A DNA stretch of 64,000 nt from Vermamoeba vermiformis. Its lineage: Eukaryota. Numbering within the stretch: the first letter of the stretch is position 1; each line of letters starts with the position of its first letter. A model generated the notes under the pieces. It did not search any database and was not told where the DNA came from. It was given only the letters and a program-made list of their open reading frames with translations. Both the position numbers and the translations under genes were made by a program. Of the stretch, positions 36,522-50,513 are shown one piece after another. The stretch covers positions 1 through 64,000 of the forward strand of contig JBEWZL010000244.1 in assembly GCA_045837725.1 (NCBI GenBank), read 5' to 3'.

Positions 36522-38797
36522 TTATTGCGTGGTTTCGGTACTATTAACATTATTGGTTGTTTGAGCTAGTGGCCTTGATTTGCCGTTAAAATTGAGGTTA
36601 TTATTATTCACATTACTATTCACATTGTTGTTGTTTTTGTTGTTGCGTACTGGCACGCTAGTCGTTCGCCGCAGACCACCAGTGTTGTTATTCACATTTG
36701 TATTGACATTGTTGTTTTGTGGTTGGCGCGCTGGATTAGCCCAATTTACGCGTTGATTTGTATTGTTATTGCTAGTAGCGTTTGTGTTGTTGTTATTGCT
36801 TGGCACTTGACTAGCAAAAGGTGTTGAAGATCTGTTGCTCGTGGCACTCGCGACCAAGTGTTGATTTGAGTCATCGTTCATCGCATCAAAGTCATCAACT
36901 TCTTCAATATTAGCGACGTATGAGCCAGGTCTGCGAAGGCCAGTTTGCATTTGGCTGTAGGGCGGAAGATTAGGGTGATCCATGGCCGGTCCAGGTCCGT
37001 ATTGTTGTTGATTGCCATAATAAGGATTGCCACCGTTTCGTGCCAACTGTTGCTGATTTCGCAGCAAAAGTTGCAATGTTTGCTCGTCAATTTCTTCGAC
37101 TAAATTGGCAGGGAATAAACCTGTCTGGCGTTGACCGTTCGGGTATTCCAATTCTCCTTCCCACCACTGTTCGAAGGGCTTAGCGACGACTGTAATAAAT
37201 TCACCAGCTCTGAATCGCAAGTCATTGGGACTGGGGCTGTCGTAGTCGTACAATGCGCGGACAAAGAATGGCTTGATGGGTCCTCCAGCGGCGACTTGTG
37301 ACGGATCTGGCTTTCTGAAGAACGAAATGACTTTGTTGATAGCGTAAACAGCCACGGGGATAGTGACGAATGACAAGCCCAAAAGAGCGATTAAAGTGCC
37401 AACAGCTGATGCGCGGTGTTGTGGTTGATCCATTGGTCCTCCAGCAGCAGCGGGATTTTCAAAAGCTTTGAAACTTTTCATGTCAAATCCGGCTTGCGCG
37501 AGCTGATCCTCTTCAGTTTGACGACCAGTCAGTCTTCTAAATACATTGAGCATTTTCTTAAATAAGCTCCAAACAATTCTGAACACTGCAATGCCTGAAA
37601 TAGCAAAGCCGATCTCGCGGTACAGATGCGACACGCGTTCAATCAGATTGATTACTGAGAAGAACGAGCCGTGCACGGCTTGAAAATTTGCATCTAATAG
37701 TGACGAGAACCGAGCAAAGCCTAAGAAAAATAAGTCGTGTAAGTGTTTGTTGGTTTCGCAAGTTACCGTTACAAAATGATTGATCTGTTGAAATTAAGCA
37801 ACTTACCTTCAGTTACTGCGTGGAAGTCGCTCATCCAATTAGAAGGTCCTGCTAATGCAGATCCGAATCGACCTGGAGGCTCGTAACGGTCTAATAAAAA
37901 TGAAAAAATAATATTAGCAAAATTGAATTTTGGCAAATCTTTTTCTTTCTAATCGCTCAATAATTGCTATAGTAATTGTCTACAATTAATTCTATACTCG
38001 CCAAAAATAGCAATAAATTGATATTCAACTTGGTTGATGAAAATAATTTTTGTTTGCCGTTCAAGAAAAAACTTACCATAACTGGAGCCATAACCGCCCA
38101 TACCATAGCCCGAGCCGTAGCTCGAGCCATAGCCACCATAACCGGATCCATAGCTCGAGCCGTAACTTGAACCATATCCGCCGTAGCCAGATCCGTAACT
38201 CGAACCGTACCTCGAGCCATAACCTCCTGCGTAGCTTGAGCCATAGCCACCCATGCCGTAGCCTGAGCCGTAGCTAGAGCCATAACTCGAGCCCCCATAG
38301 CCGCCCATGCCGTAGTTGGATCCGTAACTCGAACCGTAGCCCGAGTTAGAACCATATCTATCGTAGCCGCTAGAGCCATAGCCGTAATCGTCTGAAAATG
38401 AGAGATCAGATTGGGACTCGCAATTTGGGGATTAAACTAATGAGGGTATTATAATGAATAATAGGATATTGTAGGTAATTATTTAGGTGCCCGAAAATAA
38501 TAGATAATTATTATTGGCAATTGAAAGTGTGGATTTGTGCGGTTTGCTTGTACGATATCGAATCAACCGAAAATTGGACTTACTTCGATTGCCGTACGAT
38601 GACATACTATTTGGACTTCTATATGATGAAATTGCGTTGTCTCGTGGTGGTAAAGCTGGGGTCGATGAGGATCCGCTAGCCGTTGAAAGACTGCTACCAG
38701 CATTGGTAGTCGAATTAACAAGTGGAGTGCTCATTGTACTCGAACTGCCACCAGCTCCTGTTCGCTCCCAAGGTTTAGGAGGGCTTGTTCGTGACAT
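36522..38797 (-). CDS. PEX13: Peroxin 13
   Basis: N-terminal SPPKPWE, long YG-rich region, [16 protein letters not shown], a TM segment and an SH3 domain (RALYDY..DLRF..WWEG..GLFPAN). Confidence 0.9.
38076..38390 (-). repeat. Coding low-complexity YGSS/YGSG repeats of PEX13
   Basis: Imperfect repeats encoding [15 protein letters not shown]. Confidence 0.85.
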
Positions 38798-39794
38798 CTT
38801 GTTATATTGATGTTATAAAGGGTATTCGTGTGTTGGTTGATTTTTATCTGTATCAATACGTTAGTAGTTATTATTGGGGCGCTAAATAGTAAGAAAAATA
38901 AATAAATAAATCGAAAATGATTGAGATGACGGAAAAAGCTTGAACTCTGGCTGGCAGGACTTGAGAAGGCTACGTTAAATAAATATCGTCTTCTTGTGAA
39001 TTATAGTGTCCATATATGCATTTTAAATGGGTTAGGCCGCTGGTAAAGCCTGGATTCTGGTAGTTTCCCATTTAAATAATTATTTCATTCGATCATGCAA
39101 TTACACGTTACAAGCTCGTGCCCGATCCAAAATACGTCCATCATGTACACATAATATCCAAGGCACGAGCCGTTAATCAGTTTTGTGAGAGAAAGCTTCT
39201 AAGTCCTGCCAGATCAAGCTCCAAGCCGCAACGAGGGATTCGTCTACTTACCAAACAAAATTGCACACCAGGAATAGATAAATATATTTACAATTGCATA
39301 GTGTTGAGGTGCACGTCTTTTGATCGAATAATAATAACTCTAACAGTGTGTTCGTTCTGGCTAAAAGTAAACCCGTGTGTTCTACGCGAGTTTTCTAGCG
39401 TAACAAATCTTACGACCACTGTTGAGGTCCGCTCTAGCTAATGGTAAGGGTACACTCCGGCCGATACTTGGACACTACTGCCGAAATATTTTCGTTGAAA
39501 TTGAACGGGTAATTAAGTTTCGTACCAGACGATCGGCTTGATCGCGTTATGCGGAATGAGGTGCGTTGCAAGCGCGAACGGCAACTGTTTGTTAGCATAC
39601 TTGACGCGTTAATATCAGACGGATGTATCTGCGAGAAAAACGGAAAGGGGTTTCTGAGTTTCCCACGAATTTTTTTGCTGACTTCGCGTTTTTTTGGTTC
39701 AAAGGCCCAGTTCACATAAAGATTATTGAAGGAAGAGTCAAAAGTACCGATATTTATTTATGTCATCAGCCTAGAATCATAGACAGACTAACCA

Positions 39795-42470
39795 ATGGAT
39801 TTAAATCTCAAAGATCTTGACGACGAGACTTTCGTTTCATCTTTCCTATCAACTTCCTTCGACCCGACAGTGCTGGACCTTGCGTCAGACTTTACCGATG
39901 AGCGCCAGCCTTTCGGGGAACAGGATTATGAATTCGTTGATCGCTCTCCCGAAAGCAGTGGAATGGATGTGGAGCCCTCAATGCCAAATAATTACAGACG
40001 GAATAATATCGATAGCCAATCAACGCCTTCAGCATTATCCAGCACATTTTCACCCCATTACCAACGCAATATTTCCAATTACTACAATCCAAACAGTTTT
40101 CAAACAATTTTACCAATCCCTTTGCCCGGCTCACAGGTATTTAGTATCATTTTACTGTACATTATTGTCAGTATGAATTTATTTGTCAATTAGTGCGAAT
40201 TTTGGAGAAATTGATTTTGACAGTTTTAGTTTAATTTTGTTGTTGGAGCGGCATCCGCTTTAGCTTCCGTAGATTTTCTCGCAGAAATAAGAAGTTCTAT
40301 AATGCTAATATTACGCACAATTTCATATTGTATTCAATTTGGCCGTTAGGAATTAATCTCCAAGACAGGATCCAATAACTAATCACATTTTCGTGACTTT
40401 ATTGTCTTTGACTGGCAATTTAAATTTACTATTATGTATATGTGGTGTATCTAATAATATTTTAACAGTCTGGCAAGCATCCTGCTGGCTCTGAGCCCGA
40501 TATGCGTCGCGCCAACAAAATGCGACGACTTGACAAAGATCCGTACATGAAGGAGGAGGTAAGCAGCCGATAGAACGAGCTAATACTATACGATAATTTC
40601 TGAATATATTGCGGATCTTAAAGCCTTTGCCTTTCAATGAGTCACGTTACCACGTGCTATTTTGATCCGAAATTTGATTATTTTTTAAGCAATATTGGCT
40701 TGCATCATTTAATAGTATTACTTAATATTATGTTAGTCAAGTTATGAGGAAATATTAAATAATTTTTCTATCGGTAAAAGCGGCCCGTTTTTGACTGATA
40801 TCTTTGCATAGTTTTATCAGACCCCGAATAATCCTCCGAGCGGCAATTTCTTAAACTTCCAACCTAACACACAAGGGCAACAAAATGGACAAGCACAGAG
40901 CTACACTCCTTTGTCACAACAAGCGTCACAATTGGGCGCAAGTCAGATGGGACAAGCCAACGGATCGCATCAACAACAACAAGGCCGCGTTAATTTTAAT
41001 CTCGTCAAACAAGAGCCCCAGCGAAGTGGTTTCCAACAGTCGCCGTACGATATCCAACAAGATGTCAATGGCTTCTATCAACAGCCCGTGCCTTACAACT
41101 TGCAATCTTTACAAAACAACAACAACCAGCAGCAACAGCAATGGAGCTCTGAAATGTCGATAAAGGAAGAGAGCGATGGCGCATTTGATACTGATGAAAG
41201 CCAAGACGTGGACAATGGAGCTCCGATTCAGTACACGGGCTTGGAACATATGAAAGTGAAGCTTGTCGTCGATAACCAGCCGCCCGTTGAAGTTCGTACC
41301 AGAACACCGAGCGAAAAGAGGTAATCATCAGATACTAATCAGCCACGCGCGGATCCGATCTCAGATCTAACTCTTTTTTCCTACTTTAGAAATTTCCAAT
41401 GCTCATTGACTGTTAACGGCGATTGGAAGAGTATTGGCGGCAAATACATTATGGCTGAGTTGATCTACGCAGTCGATAATGACGGCGAAGAAGGTGTAAG
41501 TATACTTCAAGATTTTTAGGCCACGATCATTTTTGTCTAGACTTGCCGAGCGCACTAATTAGTAGAACTCAATACTAATGATCTATTTTATTTATAGCCT
41601 AAGCAAAGCATATTGGGAGGCACGAAGACGGTCACGATTCGAAAGGACAATCGTGTTGTGTTTGACAATTTGTCCATGTCCGAAGCTTCGACGAAACACA
41701 AAGAAAAAGAGTTTTGCGTGCGGTTCTCGATGTTAGACAAAAAAGGAAAGAAGATTCCAAACATTGAGATTCTCACCAACCCATTCTACGCTTACTCGAA
41801 CACCAAAGTTTTGGCTCGACGAAGTACGTTCCCAAATCATTATTAACGCTAAGATTTATTGCTCACGTACTACCTGTAGGGAACATTCAATTGCGCGCCT
41901 TGAGTCAAAACACTGCTTCGATCACTGGCGGTGACAGCATGCACGTGATCGGTACGTTGAATTTCATAACTTTGCCAAGTGATAATCAGCTTCAAGATCT
42001 TAAACATAGTATAGCAACATTAGTATTGGTACTAATATTGATTTCTAGGTGCACCATTCATTGGAGGACCAGCGCTTAAACTTGTAATTAGAACTGCACA
42101 CGGGGATGTTCCGGCCACATCACTGGAGCTCTATTCAGAAACTGTATTATTTTTCAAGCTGCCGGCTTATCCTTTCCCCGTTGGCAAGGTATTCTTAACA
42201 GATTTTATTCGTAAGAAGCTTTTCTAAATGTTTGTTTCTATTCGCAAAGGACGAGGAGACTGTGAAGGTTCAGATCTTAGTCACAAACGACGGAAGAAAT
42301 TTCAGCAATTCATTGGACTTCTATTATGTCACTGGTAAGTAGGAGCAATACCAATCTAGGCCAGTAGATGGTTTTGAAACTCTTTTTTCATCGCGTGGAT
42401 GACCTTTACTTTTTTCGATACTTACTTTTTCTTAGGTAATACCCAACCTTCTCGACGGTCATTGCTTTAA
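39795..42470 (+). CDS. Putative transcription factor: acidic/Q-rich N-terminus, Ig-fold DNA-binding-like domain and IPT/TIG domain
   Basis: LVVDNQPPVEVRTR...VVFDNL..EASTKH.EKEFCVRF, then ASITGGDSMHVIG.PF...VQILVTNDG.NFSNSLDFYY (IPT). Confidence 0.65.
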
Positions 42471-42645
42471 GTAAAATAGAACATAGAATTTGCGGTGATA
42501 AATAATAATAACTTGTATGTTTGCTTGTAAATAATAAACCTAATCGATTTCAAATGTCCAAGTAGTCGCTCGTGGTATTTAATGCCAAACTAAGTTAAAA
42601 TTGAATTGTTTTATTCGTTGTTATGCAAATAAACTATTAATTATA

Positions 42646-43128
42646 TTAATCCATCATTCCGTTGTGGAATCGCAACGAGGATCCGTCAGTGATTCCTGCT
42701 TCTTCAACAGTTTTGGAGCCATCATATTCGTTATGGTTAATACGAGCTTCGGGTGCTACTTTAGTAATCGCATCTGCTAATTCCTTTGTTGACGCTTTGG
42801 GCGAAATCTGACAATTGTTAATTTAACAAATGTGAAATACTGTATATAACTCTTATATTAATATTTATTATATTTACCTTAACTTCGTAAGTTCTGCCAA
42901 CACGGAATACTCTGTTTGGGGGAGCGCCTCCAGAAGAACCAGTTTCGATTTTGACTGTGATCTATCAGAAATAATTTTACATTAATTCTAATATTATGAT
43001 TTAAATCATAGGGCTATATTATTGAGAAATCGCGACCATTGCAGCTCGGAACAAGATTTCAGATCGCGAAATTGCTCTTTTATGGTCAACATAATTCAAC
43101 CTCAATTTTTGCTTACTTGATCTGACAT
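42646..43128 (-). CDS. Small ubiquitin-like protein, three exons
   Basis: MSDQ|ITVKIE...TYEVK|ISPKASTKELADAI...DGSKTVEEAGITDGSSLRFHNGMMD*. Confidence 0.6.
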
Positions 43129-43467
43129 TATCAGTGTGATGTGGTATTGTGGTTAATAAGATTGCTGGAATTGCGGGGCAAAACTTTTCGTTTTAATTGT
43201 CTGCAGCCGTTTTCAGCCAGTTTTCTCTCACTTTTCAACGAGCAAACACGATCCTGCTTGGTGCACCATTGTAAGTAAGTAGAGGTTGCTGCTTTGATTT
43301 GAAAATAGGACAGACGAGCACCATGAAGCTTTTCCTTTTTAAAAATTTCGTAATTTGTAATTAAATACAACATCGCTTCCTTTATTTACTGTGCGATTAA
43401 AATAATATAACCTACATATATTTGATGATAATTGATTTATTGATAGTACAGAATCGTATTCACGAAT

Positions 43468-45495
43468 TTATTCAGGGTTAGCGAGGTGAGATTCAGGAGG
43501 ACCGCAGTGAGTACCGCAAGAAGGAGCAGGAAGAATATCAGGAACAATGTTGACCTCACTAGTAACGGTAAAGTCGTACTTGTCACCGAAACGACCACGT
43601 TCAGTGATGTCGTAGTGGAACTCGAGGTAGAAGATACCCCAGCCTTGCGCAGGAGCAGTGCGAGTAGCGGTGTAGATAGAGCCATATTGAGCAGTGATTT
43701 CAGTAGAAGTCCAGTTCAAGGGTTGTTGGCAAGCAGGGCCAGTGGCAGTGAGGCAGCGGTGCAAACGGAAGTCACGTTGGGTGGTGCTGATGGTGTTGGC
43801 GGACCACATAACGACCTTCTTGGGACGAGTGCCAGAGATGGCAACGATCGAAGCAGGAGCAGTGCGGGAAGTAGTCTTAACCACGCGCCAGTTCAAGTCA
43901 CGAGGACCACGCAAGTTAGAGCCAACCATTTGAATGAAGCCGTTGACAGAGTCAAGAGTGTCAGCCAAGGGGAAGGTCAAGTCGAAGGCGTGACCAGCTC
44001 CAGGCAAAATGCGCAAGTACTTCTCACCGCGGAGGTCTTGGAAGAAGAAGTTGACAGAGTCGGGTTGGAAGAACTCGTCTTGAGAAGAGGTGATGATGTA
44101 GGTCGGCTTGGCAGTGAAGACATTGTTGAAGATGATGGGGTCAATGAGCTTGATCATGGCAGCAAATTCAGGCTTGTTCATGTGGCTCATGACGTCTTCG
44201 CCCCACTAGATTTTCACAGGTTAGTATTTTATAACAAATAACTCGTGTGATCTAAACTTACGTAGTCACGGAAGGCCCAAGTCCAACCTAGTAGCGATAA
44301 TTAGTCAAGAAGGCAGTTATATTACACCTCTGGACTTACCACCGAGAGAGCGATACATGTTGTCGAGGTTAGATTGCATGTTAAGAATGGGCATAACAAT
44401 AGGAGCGAAGGCTTCAACACGCTTGTCAACACCGGCAGTCAACCAAGTGGTCCAACCTCTCTTGGAGGCACCAGAGACGATGAAGCTCTTGACGCGAGGG
44501 ATATCGAGGGTCTCGGTGAACTCTTGAACGGCATCCATAGCACGGACCGCGGATTTGGTTTGAGGGAATTGCAAGAGCCATTTTTCGGGGGTGCTGGTGT
44601 TGTTCAAGAACTTCTTCCAAGTGTAAGCGATGATACCGTCTTCGGTGCGGACCTTTTGGGCGGGGTCGGCATTGAACACGATGGGCTGGTTGGGAACTTG
44701 TTGGAGATCTGAAACGGATTAGCAAAGTATCACAAGTACAACCGCGAAATTACACCGATTCACCAAATCTCTGAAACAATGCACAACGTAGTAAGATTTA
44801 ATGCAGAATTTAAAACTTTACTGGCCACAGAGTCCAGTTACTCCGTGCTCAAAAAGCGGATGAACTGTGTACTTACGAACAGTCACAGCGTGGCTGACGC
44901 GGCACAAGTAATCAACAATGTTGTTCACGGTGGTGGGGACGGGGTCGGTGACATCACCGTTGTTGACGTAGAGGAAAGCAACGTTGTGAGAAACCTAATC
45001 ATCGAGATCAGCGCTTGGCCCAAAAAAAGGGTTGGATCACAAAAAGCTTACATCGTTAGGAACGCAAACAGTCAGAGTGTGGGTCCAAATGGGACGAGAT
45101 GAATCCGCAGCAGTCAACCAAGCTTGCGAAGTGAAGTTGAGCACCTGAAAACGTGATCCGTTGTTAGATTCCGCAGGTTGTCATGCGTCAATTGCAAAAA
45201 TAATTAATTTAATTGAAGTTTCAAAATATAAGAAGAATTGAGAATGGCTATAAGAGCAAGAGCGTAGACTTGAGCGTAGATCGATGCTGGTCCGATCTAC
45301 AATAAAACGGGCAGCGTTTCAACTTACGTAAGCGGTGTAAGCAGCCGTGTTGATGGTGCTAACTTGTTCCCAATCATAGGTATCGTCGTCGGCGTAGACG
45401 TACTTTTCAATAGGCGTCTTTTTCTTGCTTCCAGCGAATCCACCGAGTACAAGCAAAGAGCAGATCACTGCAACGAGAAGAGTCTTGGACAACAT
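43468..45495 (-). CDS. Secreted PqaA-family alpha/beta hydrolase-like protein (Dictyostelium AprA-like)
   Basis: Signal peptide, FTSQAW, VPNQP, EDGIIAYTW, GASKRGWTTWL, DEFFQPD and PGAGH. Confidence 0.9.
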
Positions 45496-45799
45496 GGTGT
45501 GGGCTATTCAATAAGCAAATGGAGCTAAACTTATTGAAAGAGGAGTGGTGTAGTGTACAGAAGATATTGTAAGAATTAGGAACGAGCCGGTGTCGCTTTT
45601 TATGCGCGTGAAGATTCACAAGACAAGTTCTTGACAGCGTACTCATACTACCAGTATTTAATTCCACGAGTACCCACCTTCTAGCTGCCAGAACATCAAG
45701 GAGATGAGTCGAGCTAGAATGTGTTTTCAGTCTCGCGGCTTTGTCGGGCGGTTATTGAAGCGATACCAAGATAATCCACCAGCAGTTTTTCCGCAAGAC

Positions 45800-46322
45800 G
45801 ACAAATAAAATTAATTTAATCGGAGGATACGACGGAGGTCTACATCGCACATGTTCTTCCGGAAGAATGTTGCAGAAACAAGATATCGCTGCCTTGAAGC
45901 GCTGTTGAAACCTCAACTCGGTACCTGCACTGCTTTAGTTGAACAATCTTTTAAGGCTTAGTGAGTGATATGGGGAGGAAGAGATTTCGGTACCTTGCAA
46001 ATTCTAACTTTTAATCAATAGATACGGTCAATGGCTGAAGACGTTCTTCGTATTGCACCCGACGTTCTGGTTCAAAGTTGTTGAAGGAGTGTCTTTAATA
46101 TTCGCCTCAAAGTCAAAAGTGTTCGATAAAGTAATCTACATGGACAAGTTACTCGATCTGTACAATCTTTTGGGTGCAGATCAGCTGAAAATACCTGAAG
46201 AAATTATTAAGTACGTACATATGTTCCTATGCGTTATTTTTTTATTTAACATTGACTGTAGATACGACGAAAAAATTAGTGGCAAATTGAGCATTGCGAA
46301 TAAGAAACAAAGTCCGTCATGA
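45800..46322 (+). CDS. CRAL-TRIO/BCH-like domain C-terminal part; 5' exons unresolved
   Basis: LKTFFVLHPTFWFK...KVIYMDKLLDLY...QLKIPEEIIK|YD. Confidence 0.5.
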
Positions 46323-46578
46323 ACGAAGACCTTCGACCTGTCGAACAAAATAAAAGAAAATATTGGCGATACCTATTATTTCAAAGCCCGTGAATTTAGG
46401 TACAATAATTCTACTTAACGAGCTATTGATGGTATTTATTAAACTCATTAAGCAGTTATTCCACCGCAACGCTTTCGCAAAAAAGCTGCCCAGTTCTTGC
46501 CTCTGGAGTTGACCGTTGACAACTATTGTGGACGGGACAAAGAAAGCACTAGTGGCGGGAGGCAATTAATTCTCGGAA

Positions 46579-49500
46579 ATGTCAACGCAAACAAGCATAA
46601 AAGTTGACTTTTCTTTTTCACCGCTTGAACACCGCACGATGAGCACAAAAAAACGAGCAGCGAAGAGAAAAGCCGATGCGATTTCATCGGTTGATGAAGA
46701 ATCGCCTGATCTGGCAAAGCAAAAGAAACAAAAGTTAAATCCAACCGCCGAGGAAAATAGTAAAATGGAGGAAAATATCGCAGACAACGACAATACTAAT
46801 GAAGTAACGTTGGACAACGTAGAACTGCCGCCAGAAATTTTGGTGTCGATATTTTCACAGCTAGAAAATGAAGATCTTTCCCGTGCCAGCTGCGTGTGTC
46901 AACATTGGTGGCTTTGCTCAAAAGATGAAACGCTCGCATGGTTTACATTACCACCGCTGGAGTTTGTCGAGCAAACAGAGAACTACTTTAGTTTGGGATC
47001 TTTTGACAGATTGCGGGTCACTTTAAACGATATCCGTCAAGCTTTATGTAAAGGAAAACCAGAGGATCTACGTCGTATGGTTTCTTTCGGCACTTTACCC
47101 AAATCAGAGTTGAACGCTGGAAAATCCCTTTGCAAGGTAAGAAAACTGGTTGATCCACTCCTTTGCTAATATTTAACCTTTAGCTTTTGGACAAAAATGA
47201 CGACTTGATTGCAGTGATCGGAGGTTTTATTTCTTTTCCTGATCTGGACGAGACGCAAGACTATTTTAGAATTAGGCTAGCAACAGCTTCCAAATTAAAA
47301 AATATGGGAGCCAAGCCCAAAAGCCCAAAATCGCCACATAGCGAAGTCCACATTTTGATTGTAGAAGCAAACTACCGCAAGTATGTTCACCATTCACTTC
47401 GTACTACCAAACTAACACTGTCGGCGTGTCAGAATTGAAAATATTCTCCGGTCTGGCGAAGAATTTAAGGGTGCTAATATCTTGTTACACGACACCGTCC
47501 ACACGTTTTTGAATCAATTTTATCGCTGGCCTGTGAATTACCTTCAAACCTTGTGTGACCTGAAGAAGCCTTACACACCAACGGTAATATTGAGAAGCAC
47601 GTAAACCATCTTTTATTTACGTGTCCCGCAGGTACTTCCGACCATCACCGAACAGCCAGTCCAGTTGACAGGTGTCAAAATGCACAATTATCAAATCGGT
47701 GCCGTCAATTGGATGGTGAATACCGAGCAAGACAGCGAAAAAGGTATGAAAGAAAACGAGATTAAGTTGCGTAGTCGAGATTGACACGTGTCATTTTTTT
47801 TTGACAGACTACGAAGTTTCACCGTTGGTACCAGTGATTAAAGGCAGCAGTATTCTCGCCAAAATAGATCTTGAAGAGCAAAAACTCGTGTTAGTTGAAA
47901 ATGCGCATCAATACAACATCAAATTAAAGGCCAAAGGTAACTTTTCGCGAATACTGTGCATGAGCTAACGGTTGCTGCAAAGGTGGTATTTTGGCTGATG
48001 AAATGGGCCTCGGTAAGACAAGCGAGGTGCTAGGACTGATATTGTCCAATCCGATGAAGCAAGCACCGAAGAATGGCTCGTTCTTCGCGACCAAGGCGAC
48101 ACTCAGTAAGCGATAGACACGTACTGTAGCACGAAATCTAACGTACGTTAATTAGTCGTATGCCCTAACCATCTACTTGCGCAATGGGCTTCTGAAATCG
48201 AAAAACACACCGAGCCCAAATTGAACGTGCTTCAAATCCCCACCATGGCCCAGTTCAAGAAGTTCACTTACCAACAGATCTTGGACGCAGATGTCGTGCT
48301 TGTCACTGCCAATATGTTGAAGAATAAGAACTACATTGCTTATCCACTCGAGCCACATCAGATCAAATTCGGGGAAGACTCGCCGCACGAACGTGTGGAC
48401 AGGATGGATGCGTTGTTAGAGGAGCGCAAAGACAAGGCTCCTGAGAAGCTTAAAGGTGTCATTCTCGATCACTTCCATTGGCACCGCATTGTATTGGACG
48501 AGGGTCACGAGACCGTTGTCGATGACTTCATTATGAGTACGTCTATCTTAACGATATTGTTCAATTATTAACGGTTCACAGATGTCGTTAATTACATGCA
48601 AAGTACTTACAAGTGGTACGTTAGCGGCACTCCGTTCCCAAAAGTGTAAGTTGTATAAGCTATATTTTGTAGACAAACTAACTCTTTGGCGGTGTAGGCA
48701 AATCTTTAAAAAGATTCGCAAGTTTTTGGGCCTAGCGACGCCAGAAGCGCCTTCGCTTACTAACAGCAAGTTGCCCAATCTTTTGCGTGGTGCATACAGC
48801 CATGCGCGTAATGCCTACACTTTTGAGTCCTATGTTAAGTACGTTAGTATTATCTTCAACCGGTCATGGCTGACGTTGCTTTTTATAGCGAGACTTTGGA
48901 TCGGTTACTCATCGACAATTTATTCTGGCGAAATACTAAGGTAACAGTTATTATATCAAATGACGTTACGAGAGTGACATTAACCGTGGCTATGTTTAGG
49001 AGAGTATTAAAGAAGAATATAAAATGGTCGATACCAAGCAAGAACTCGTCTTGTTGGAGTTTACACCGATTGAAGCGGCAATCTACGAGGATCTTAGCAT
49101 TAAATATAAGCATCGTAATACATCCCAAAGCAATCCCTTACGGCAATTATGCTGCAAGTTAGACTACGACTGGGGCAACACGCTGGAGGACATGAGAGTG
49201 TTCATGTGCGAGCAGAAAAAGAAAGATATCGAAAAGGCCAAAGAAAACATCAAGTGGCTCAAAAAACAAAAGAAGGAAAGCAAACAGAAATTAACGCAAC
49301 CTATTTTACGTGACTGGGAACGACGGACTTGCGAGACGAATATCCGAGAATACCCCAAACAGTTAGTCGCCAGAGAACACGATTTATCAGAGCACAAGCG
49401 TATTCAAACAATATTCGATGAAATTGTAAGTGCTGAACATGATGTCTAGTTGCTGCAACTAACATTTAAATTTCGTAGAAACCACGCGACACGTCAAAGT

Positions 49501-50274
49501 TTGAACACGTAAGTGGCACATGACGAGCCATGATGACTTAATCTAATGTGTTATTAGAACTCTAAGGACTTCTTGATTGAGCACTATGGCACGAAGTTGG
49601 CTAATCTCGTCTTGTACTTGAAGAATTTGTTCGAGAAAGAGCCCACGACACGTGTCATCGTGTTCTCGCAGTTCACGGCTTACCTTGACTTGATCGGTGC
49701 TTTGCTTGCTGAGAACGACATTTCGACCAGTTCTGTTGAAGGGTAAGTGTCTTAGTGTTAAGTGATTCGGTCTAACGAGTCCACTTTAGTAACGTGTACA
49801 AGAAAACTAAGGCTCTGAAGCAATTCAAAGACGAGGGTTCCGAGGTCAAAGTTATTCTCCTGAGCTTATCAAAAGCAGCGTCGGGCACAAATTTGATTGA
49901 AGCTAGCCACGTACTGTTGATGGGTATGTTACGCTAATGTATGACATTGCTTGACTTGTTGTGACACGTCACGCCAGATCCGTTGACAGGCTCCAAAGAA
50001 GAGGCTCAGGCGTACGAGAATCAAGCAGTAGGACGTGCGCAAAGGCAAGGCCAGACTAAACCCGTCACTGTCGTGCGATTCATTATCAAGAACACTATTG
50101 AACATGAGTACTACATCCGTAACACGGGTAGCAATCAGCATGGTGAGTACTATTAACGACGCGGTCTTAAAGCACTTTTAGTCATTTTTATTATTAGGCC
50201 AAGTTACATTGAACCGTAGCAACTCAAAGTTAGTCCGCAGCAGTAGTTTTGGAACTTTATTGGCCAATCAATGA
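46579..50274 (+). CDS. F-box + SNF2-family helicase (Rad5/16-SHPRH-like motifs)
   Basis: F-box LPPEILVSIFSQL. Helicase motifs YQIGAVNWM, GGILADEMGLGKT, RIVLDEGHE, VSGTP, VIVFSQF, SGTNL and QAVGRAQRQGQ. Confidence 0.9.
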
Positions 50275-50513
50275 AACCGAACACATTTTGAATAAAGTGT
50301 TTCCGGATCTGAGCGCAATAAATTTGATCTCGTTTCCTTGTAATTTTGACTGTTGCCTCTAGGTTTATGGTTGCATTTATCGGGAGCGGACCCGCGAAAT
50401 CTAAATTTAAATCTGCAACGTCATGTCCACTTTGACATGGAATCAAATAATCGATTTTGGGCAATAGGACCGTTTTGATTTACGATTCAACAGCAGGAGA
50501 ACATAACTAGACA

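Noticed and set aside
21002-38797. Peroxisomal gene cluster (ACOX + PEX13)
   Set aside because: The genes are 13 kb apart with unrelated genes between them, so proximity is likely chance.
43486-44241. 251-aa plus-strand ORF
   Set aside because: It is an antisense shadow of the codon-biased PqaA-like gene.
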